Notes under the pieces: model-generated
Seen by the model: only the letters and a program-made list of their open reading frames with translations
Databases searched by the model: none
What the model was told of the DNA's origin: nothing
Made by a program: the position numbers and the translations under genes
From: Octopus sinensis
Taxonomy: Eukaryota
Direction: 5' to 3'
Length of the DNA stretch: 29,312 bases
NCBI RefSeq assembly: GCF_006345805.1
Contig: NW_021833138.1
Span: forward strand, 1 to 29,312
Shown: piece by piece, positions 21,865 to 29,312 of the stretch
Layout of the letters: the number at the start of each line of letters is the position of its first letter
Position numbering within the stretch: the first letter of the stretch is position 1

Positions 21865-23020
21865 TCACATTATAGAAAAGAGAGTTTGTGTACATGTACG
21901 TGTGCACAATGTGTCCTTATGCATTCGAATACTGAGTTGCCGATTCTGATGTATGGGGTATCAAAAGATTCAGTAATCTTTCAGCTACCAAATAAACTTT
22001 TTTTTAACATATTTTCAATGTTATCAGCAATGTTATCAATCAGCTTTAGTTACTTGAAAGTCACTGCTCTACAATGACCAGGTTTCATTAGAAAGTGAAA
22101 ATAGTTTCACACCTTCAATTTGAACCATTACTAGAATAATGACGTGTGAATAATGAAAGTAATGTTTCTCCAAATTAGTCACATCTGTATTATAATAAGA
22201 AAGCTGCTTATCATCTATCTATATATATAAAGACTATAAAATAAACTATGTTTTTGGTACAAAACTTTTTTTCTACTAAAATACCTCGAAAACAAGGTCG
22301 TATCACACAATTTTGCGGTCATTTTCAGGCAATATTTCAATTTGCTTCTAATGTTTCACTTCCATCTGATGCTTCACATGTACAGAGTTCTACTCAGACC
22401 AACATTTATGAAAATATACACTAAATATTGTATTACAATAAGTCACAACTAAAACAATTTCATTAAAAGACATCCATTTCTCTGTTATGAAGATTTACAG
22501 TCAGTCAATCTCTCTCACACACATGCACACATACATACAAAAGACATGTATGCACATTTATTCATGTATGTGTATACAAAAAATAATGTGTGTGATGGAG
22601 AGAGCAAGTGCCACTTATAAATGCAAAAAAATACATACATGACAACACTTTCACTCATTCTCTCTCTCTCTTTTGCACATACGTCCATTTCATATACAAG
22701 TACATACATCTTTCATTTTCTGCACTCACTTCAAAGTAAATGTCACCTTTTCACTTTTCCTCTTTCAATACTGCTCCCTTCAAAGCATAATGAAATAAAT
22801 TTTTACGGAAATTAACAAACAATCATATGATCCCATATGATTGGCCATATGATCAAGTTGACAACTTGCTGCTGCTTCAAACAGAAGAATGCCATAAAAT
22901 AACCTCCTTTGGCACACACATAAGATAAAACTTCTGTATGAATTATGTCATTTCTTACTGTGTGCACGTGCAAAATTACAGCTCAAATCCAATTGAAATT
23001 ACCTTTTTCTATTTTGTAAT

Positions 23021-23162
23021 TTGCATGCATCCAGCTGTAGAAACACTGCCAGATCTGACTGGCCTGGTGCAGCCTTCGGGCTCCCCAGACCCCAGTTGAA
23101 CCGTCCAACCCATGCTAGCATGGAAAACGGACGCTAAATGATGATGATGATGATGATGATGA
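23021..23162 (+). mobile_element. Short RTE 3' tail insertion with (GAT)n tail and 8-bp TSD
   Basis: gcatccagctgtagaaac...ccatgctagcatggaaaacggacgctaaatgatgat; TSD tttgtaat at 23013-23020 and 23163-23170. Confidence 0.85.
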
Positions 23163-23861
23163 TTTGTAATGAGCATATTTAAAAACCTGATCTTCAATAT
23201 AAACTTAAAAGGAAGTTTTCCCAGAAATCCTGTCCTTTACCTGTTGTTTCTAGCATGTTCAAGGTGACATTTGTGCTCCCCACCTTTATTTTTTTCCAAT
23301 TACTATGTTATCAATACAGGAGATTAAGATTTTGCCCAAAAGACATGTTCTCAATATTTTAATTTTCTCTCTCCCAACTGCAATTTCTTCTTCATTTTTA
23401 CTTTTTTCCCCAAATTTTTTTTTGGTAATTCACAGAGAAAAAAAAACCAGAGTACAAATCTTTAAGAATTTTCTTCTTCCTTTTTCCTTAACACTGAAAT
23501 CTCCTTCCCAACATCCACCCATCACCTCTTTCAAAAAGCAACATTCCCAAGTTTCACTTTTAGCTCTTTGGAAAACAGAAGTTTCTTCAGAAATAATGTT
23601 GTTTACCTTTTGTTTCTAGCATGTCAGGTTTTCTGGAATTTTTTACGTCTGTTATTTCAGTACAATTCTACGCATATGTGAAACATCAGATGAAAGTGAA
23701 ACATTGGGAGATTTTAGCTTTTTGAAAGCACGTAGATGATTGGTGGGCAAGGTGGGGGAAGGGGCACTGAATGTTTCTTTAAGAAAAATTCTCCTGTTAT
23801 AGCTCTGGGCGGAGCAAAGCCCTTGTGAGTGGAATTCGTAGATGAAAACTGAAAGAAGCCC

Positions 23862-23896
<35 letters not shown>

Positions 23897-24006
23897 TTCC
23901 CGTGGTTGGACATAATTTCATGGAAGACTGGAAACAGACAAACTTGTATGATGTTGATTTACAAATATCATGTAATATCTAGACAAAGGCCACACACACA
24001 TATATA

Positions 24007-25088
24007 CAGGGTAAAGTATTTGAGGACATACCGTTTTGGGGTCATTGCTATAATGTTTTGTTAACTCTATATAATCTATGTTTCAGAAAATAGTAATTGC
24101 AAACCCTCAGCTTACTCAAGAAATGAAGAGCATGTTGTTATCATGGTTATAAAGACTGAGCATAGTGATTTAGAAATATCTCGATTTTTAAAAGTTGCCA
24201 GAGCTAGAGACTGAAGATAGATACATATCGCCAGTATCAAAGCAGAAAAAGCATTCTAAATGCTCTGAAATCATCAGAGCACCTGAATTTATCCAGCAAG
24301 TTCAACACACCATTGATTACAATCCCAGAAAGTCCATGAGATCAATTGAAAAGATCTCCATGTGTTAGAAGGAACAGTCAGAAATGTTGTCCACGAAGAC
24401 ATCAGATATTAGTCTTATATGATGAGGAAAGGTCAGTTTGTCAGAAAAAGCAAAAGAAAATCACTACGTCAGATCTAAAAGGCTCTTAAACAAACTGAAA
24501 AATCCAGCAGAAGATTTGATTTGGTTTTTCTCAAACAACGAAAACTTCGACCAAGATCTAAAAGTTAACAAGAAATGACAGATGGTTATGTACAGAACCT
24601 TCTGAAGTTCCAAGTGTTATGCATACAAAATTTCCTTCAACTGTCATGGTTTTAGTGGTTGTCAGCAATGAAGGACATGTGATGCCTCCTTACTTATTTC
24701 CACAAGGCCTTAGAGTTAACTCTGCTGCCTACATTGAGGTCCTAGAAACAATTGTTAAGTCCTGGATAGACTGTATTCAATGGAAGGCCATGTGTGTTTC
24801 AGTAAAACTCTGCACTATCACATATGGCTCTAGTAATACAGGAATGGATGGCTGAAAATTTTTGATGATCACATAACATTTGGCCTCCTAATTCCCCAAA
24901 TTTCAACCCATTGGCCTATTACATGTGGTGCCTTGTTGAGAAAGAGGTCAATGAACATGCCCATAACACCAAAGATTCTTTGAAAGCTGCCAGTCAGAGT
25001 AATGTCCAAAATGAACCGGGACCACTTGATTCGGACATGTAGATGTCATATAGATGCAGTTGTTGAAGCTGAAGGTGGCTTTATTGAA
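24007..25088 (+). mobile_element. Decayed maT-like transposon, copy 2 (part of the tandem duplication)
   Basis: Same sequence as 20783-21864 apart from small indels. Confidence 0.85.
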
Positions 25089-26248
25089 TCACATTATAGA
25101 AAAGAGAGTTTGTGTACATGTACGTGTGCACATATGTTCCTTATGCATTCGAATACTGAGTTGCCGATTCTGATGTATGGGGTATCAAAAGATTCAGTAA
25201 TCTTTCAGCTACCAAATAAACTTTTTTTTAACATATTTTCAATGTTATCAGCAATGTTATCAATCAGCTTTAGTTACTTGAAAGTCACTGCTCTACAATG
25301 ACCAGGTTTCATTAGAAAGTGAAAATAGTTTCACACCTTCAATTTGAACCATTACTAGAATAATGACGTGTGAATAATGAAAGTAATGTTTCTCCAAATT
25401 AGTCACATCTGTATTATAATAAAGAAAGCTGCTTATCATCTATCTATATATATAAAGACTATAAAATAAACTATGTTTTTGGTACAACTTTTTTTTTCTA
25501 CTAAAATAACCTCGAAAACAAGGTCGTATCACACAATTTTGCGGTCATTTTCAGGCAATATTTCAATTTGCTTCTAATGTTTCACTTCCATCTGATGCTT
25601 CACATGTACAGAGTTCTACTCAGACAAACATTTATGAAAATATACACTAAATATTGTATTACAATAAGTCACAACTAAAACAATTTCATTAAAAGACATC
25701 CATTTCTCTGTTATGAAGATTTACAGTCAGTCAATCTCTCTCACACACATGCACACATACATACAAAAGACATGTATGCACATTTATTCATGTATGTGTA
25801 TACAAAAAATAATGTGTGTGATGGAGAGAGCAAGTGCCACTTATAAATGCAAAAAAATACATACATGACAACACACTTTCACTCATTCTCTCTCTCTCTT
25901 TTGCACATACGTCCATTTCATATACAAGTACATACATCTTTCATTTTCTGCACTCACTTCAAAGTAAATGTCACCTTTTCACTTTTTCCTCTTTCAATTA
26001 CTGCTCCCTTCAAAGCATAATGAAATAAATTTTTACGGAAATTAACAAACAATCATATGATCCCATATGATTGGCCATATGATCAAGTTGACAACTTTGC
26101 TGCTTCAAACAGAAGAATGCCATAAAATAACCTCCTTTGGCACACACATAAGATAAAACTTCTGTATGAATTATGTCATTTCTTACTGTGTGCACGTGCA
26201 AAATTACAGCTCAAATCCAATTGAAATTACCTTTTTCTATTTTGTAAT

Positions 26249-26390
26249 TTGCATGCATCCAGCTGTAGAAACACTGCCAGATCTGACTGGCCTGGTGCAG
26301 CCTTCGGGCTCCCCAGACCCCAGTTGAACCGTCCAACCCATGCTAGCATGGAAAACGGACGCTAAATGATGATGATGATGATGATGATGA
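26249..26390 (+). mobile_element. Duplicate of the 23021-23162 RTE tail insertion
   Basis: TSD tttgtaat at 26241-26248 and 26391-26398. Confidence 0.85.
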
Positions 26391-27477
26391 TTTGTAATGA
26401 GCATATTTAAAAACCTGATCTTCAATATAAACTTAAAAGGAAGTTTTCCCAGAAATCCTGTCCTTTACCTGTTGTTTCTAGCATGTTCAAGGTGACATTT
26501 GTGCTCCCCACCTTTATTTTTTTCCAATTACTATGTTATCAATACAGGAGATTAAGATTTTGCCCAAAAGACATGTTCTCAATATTTTAATTTTCTCTCT
26601 CCCAACTGCAATTTCTTCATTTTTACTTTTTTCCAAATTTTTTTTTGGTAATTCACAGAGAAAAAAAAACACAGAGTACAAATCTTTAAGAATTTTCTTC
26701 TTCCTTTTTCCTTAAACACTGAAATCTCCTTCCCAAACATCCACCCATCACCTCTTTCAAAAAGCTACAAATTCCCAATGTTTCACTTTTAGCTCTTTGG
26801 AAAACAGAAGTTTCTTCAGAAATAATGTTGTTTACCTTTTGTTTCTAGCATGTCAGGTTTTCTGGAATTTTTTACGTCTGTTATTTCAGTACAATTCTAC
26901 GCATATGTGAAACATCAGATGAAAGTGAAACATTGGGAGATTTTAGCTTTTTGAAAGCACGTAGATGATTGGTGGGCAAGGTGGGGGAAGGGGCACTGAA
27001 TGTTTCTTTAAGAAAAATTAAACTTTAAAATATATATATTTCCCTGATTCATAATCTGTATTTTTCTACATGTATAGAAAAAAAATTTGAAAAAAAAATT
27101 ACAAATTAAAAAATAGCAGTGGTGATGGAGCAAATTAAAAATTTTGAAATTGTAATTTCTGAGCAAATTCATATTAACTCCCTTTTATATGATGAAACAA
27201 TACATAGTTTATGATCCTTCTTAAAAACAGAAAGCACTTTCATGCAAACCCATGCAAATTGTACCCTCCCCCACTTCACTTTTAAACAAACAATATCTTC
27301 CATTATGCCAATAATCCAATCCACTATATATCACGTTGTGCCTATTCTGCCCATAAGAAAGGAACAAATAATACAATGTGGCTATAGGTCATAACACCTG
27401 GGCAATGCTGGATGCATAGTTAATCTGCTACTAAATTTCTAGCTTTTAAATACAAAACCTTATCGTTGCAAGACACT

Positions 27478-27877
27478 TTTTTTTCTTGCTTCAATGATTA
27501 GACTGCAGCCCTGCTGGGGTACCTTCTTGAAGAGTTTTAGTCAAACTTATCGATCCTTGTACGTGTTTTTTTTTTTTTTTGTAAAGCCTGGTACTTATTT
27601 TCTCAGTCTCTTTTACTGAACCACTAAGTTTCAGGGGACATAAACACACCAACACCAGCTTACTTGTGGTAGGGGACAAACACATACACAAAAACACATT
27701 CTCTCTTTCTCACACACGAGTCTTCTTTCAGTTTCCATCTACCAAATCCGCATACAAGGTTTTGGTCAACTCAAAGTTAGAGTAGATGACACTTGCTCAA
27801 GGTGTCACGCAGTGGGACTGAACTCTGAATCATGTGGTTGGGAAGCAAACGTTTTACCACATAGCCATACCTGTACC
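27478..27877 (-). mobile_element. Full-length tRNA-derived SINE (same family as 5255-6023)
   Basis: Reverse complement shows the head ggtacaggtatggctatgtggtaaaacgtttgcttcccaaccac, the body ggaaactgaaagaag, and the 3' part with cagtaaaagagactgagaaaataagtaccagg and an A-rich end. Confidence 0.85.
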
Positions 27878-28527
27878 ATGTAAACAACAAGAAAGTGAGA
27901 AATATTTTTAATGTTATATCAGCTGTCATGATGGAGATGGATGAGAACCATCTATAGAGGAGATGGAAGCCTACAACTCTGCTGACAGTTCGACAGAGTG
28001 GGCAATCAGGGCTAGACAGTCTTAGAAGGCAGGCAGGCTAGAAGGATAACACAAAGCAAAAACCCTCACTGCTTGGGGTACCTGTAAAGAAGCAACAGCT
28101 TAAGGAAGGCAGCCTCAATAGTGCATTAGCTTAAAAGTGAACTTGTAGTCCACCAACTCCACTCACTTCAAAGACAATAAGGGAAACAATGAATTGATAG
28201 TGGTTGTTGTAACTAATGACCCCAGCCCTCAGCTGTGAGGAAGGAATATTCATTCATTCATATATATGTCATGCTTACTTTAGTGTTAAACTTTGGTTCA
28301 ATTTGTTTTCCCTCCATAGTTTTAGCTTAGCACCATGTATAAGTTGCACCCTAGCTCTTTCAGTTAAAATTAAGTGTAAGATACAGTGACTTATGAGTAA
28401 ATACAATATATAACATACATTTTGAGGCCACACACCACATGCAATAGATGGTTCAACATTCTTATGTAATCCTACGATGTTGGGGAAATTACCCCCGTTT
28501 CTTTCTTTTATTGTCTAAACATAAATA

Positions 28528-28604
28528 GCAGGTGCCTAGCTGCCTTAGTGTACTGGGTGCTGTTTATGGCATACAGTACACTAAGAGCTTTCTCAAGCCC
28601 CTGC
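28528..28604 (+). ncRNA. Candidate pre-miRNA-like hairpin
   Basis: 12-bp perfect stem cttagtgtactg/cagtacactaag (28544-28555 / 28574-28585), extended above and below to a ~34-nt arm with a 6-nt loop. Confidence 0.3.
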
Positions 28605-28689
28605 ACTGTCACTATCTGTCAATTCAAAGAGCGACACCACAGGCCTTGAGGAGGCTCTTTACCTTGTTGATAGCAAGGAAACCGTTCTA

Positions 28690-28880
28690 GCAGTGGTGCC
28701 ACGAAAAATTCACCTAATACACTCTGCAAAGTGATTAGTGTTAGGAAAGGTACCCAACTGCAGAAAGCATGCCAAAAAAAAAAAAAGAGACATTCAAGCA
28801 AGACATGATCCTTTGATCCACTGAATTGTCAAACCATCCTACCCATGACAACATGGAAAGCCGGCATAAAATGATTATCA
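28690..28880 (+). mobile_element. SINE 3' portion with RTE-type tail
   Basis: gcagtggtgccacg.aaaa..cacc...ttaggaaagg..ccaactgcagaaa...tgtcaaaccatcctacccatgacaacatggaaag, then an atgat tail. Matches the tail family at 7112-7330. Confidence 0.7.
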
Positions 28881-29280
28881 ATATACATATGCATATGTGT
28901 GTGAGTATAAAGCAATACAAACTATTGGTTAGTTATTCTGATTTCTATTAATCACTGAGAAGTGATTAACAAAATTAGCTTGTTTATTCAATGTTCACTT
29001 TGCATGTTATTTACAATATAAAACTTATTCAGTGATAACAAAAAAGATACATCTTTTTGTTATTTTCCATACACAATTTTAAAATACTTATATCCATTCA
29101 CCTCTAGTTTAATAGCTATTTTAGCCTGTATATTCTGCTGATTATTATAAATGAAACTATAGTCTAAGGTACAAAAGAATGTTCCAGTCTATTACATCTA
29201 ACATTTTTTTTTACATTCTAATACATCATGAAGCATTGTTTTCCTCTTAATGATAAGCCATCAACTGACAATAACTTTCA

Positions 29281-29311
29281 TTTATATATATATATATATA
29301 TATATATATGT
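29281..29311. repeat. (TA)n microsatellite
   Basis: Direct read. Confidence 0.95.
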
Positions 29312-29312
29312 A

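Larger units (their letters stand above)
20566..23790 (+). repeat. Tandem duplication unit 1 (3225 bp)
   Basis: Collinear and near-identical to 23791-27019; starts ctcctgttatagctc and ends tttaagaaaaatt. Confidence 0.97.
23791..27019 (+). repeat. Tandem duplication unit 2 (3229 bp)
   Basis: As above; differences from unit 1 are mostly 1-3 nt indels. Confidence 0.97.

Noticed and set aside
21778-22077. 99-aa ORF with hydrophobic tail (also 25002-25301)
   Set aside because: Chance read-through from the transposase C-terminus into unrelated flank; upstream parts of the transposase are broken.
22214-22231. Helitron-like 5' end TCTATCTATATATATAAA
   Set aside because: No matching 3' hairpin-CTRR end identified, and the motif is low complexity.
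23009-23197. Poly-His ORF (also 26237-26425)
   Set aside because: Antisense reading of the (GAT)n RTE tail.
1-29312. CRISPR array, rRNA or prokaryotic operon
   Set aside because: No regularly spaced repeat-spacer array, rRNA-like sequence or dense coding; the sequence is eukaryotic and repeat-rich.

Overview
AT-rich, microsatellite-dense animal genomic DNA. The SINE, RTE-tail and MITE families I recognise suggest an octopus (coleoid cephalopod) genome; this is an inference, not a database result. No complete host gene, rRNA, bona fide tRNA or CRISPR array is visible. Most of the window is nested mobile DNA. (1) Two Penelope-like (PLE) insertions, both with clear target-site duplications, whose terminal repeat carries a tRNA-like Pol III box module and a minimal hammerhead ribozyme motif; one is a ~400-bp palindrome inside a SINE. 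(2) Several 5'-truncated RTE-clade LINEs, one ending in three C2H2 zinc fingers. (3) A nearly full-length decayed piggyBac element with three copies of a related TTAA-type MITE elsewhere in the window. (4) A ~3.2-kb near-identical tandem duplication holding a decayed maT/Tc1-mariner transposase. The best host-gene signal is a minus-strand exon (13040-13149) encoding a start codon and a signal-peptide-like segment. A cryptic 26-nt exon inside the same-strand piggyBac could splice onto it and create a uORF. A pre-miRNA-like hairpin lies near 28.55 kb. Most long ORFs in the supplied track are artefacts of dinucleotide repeats.
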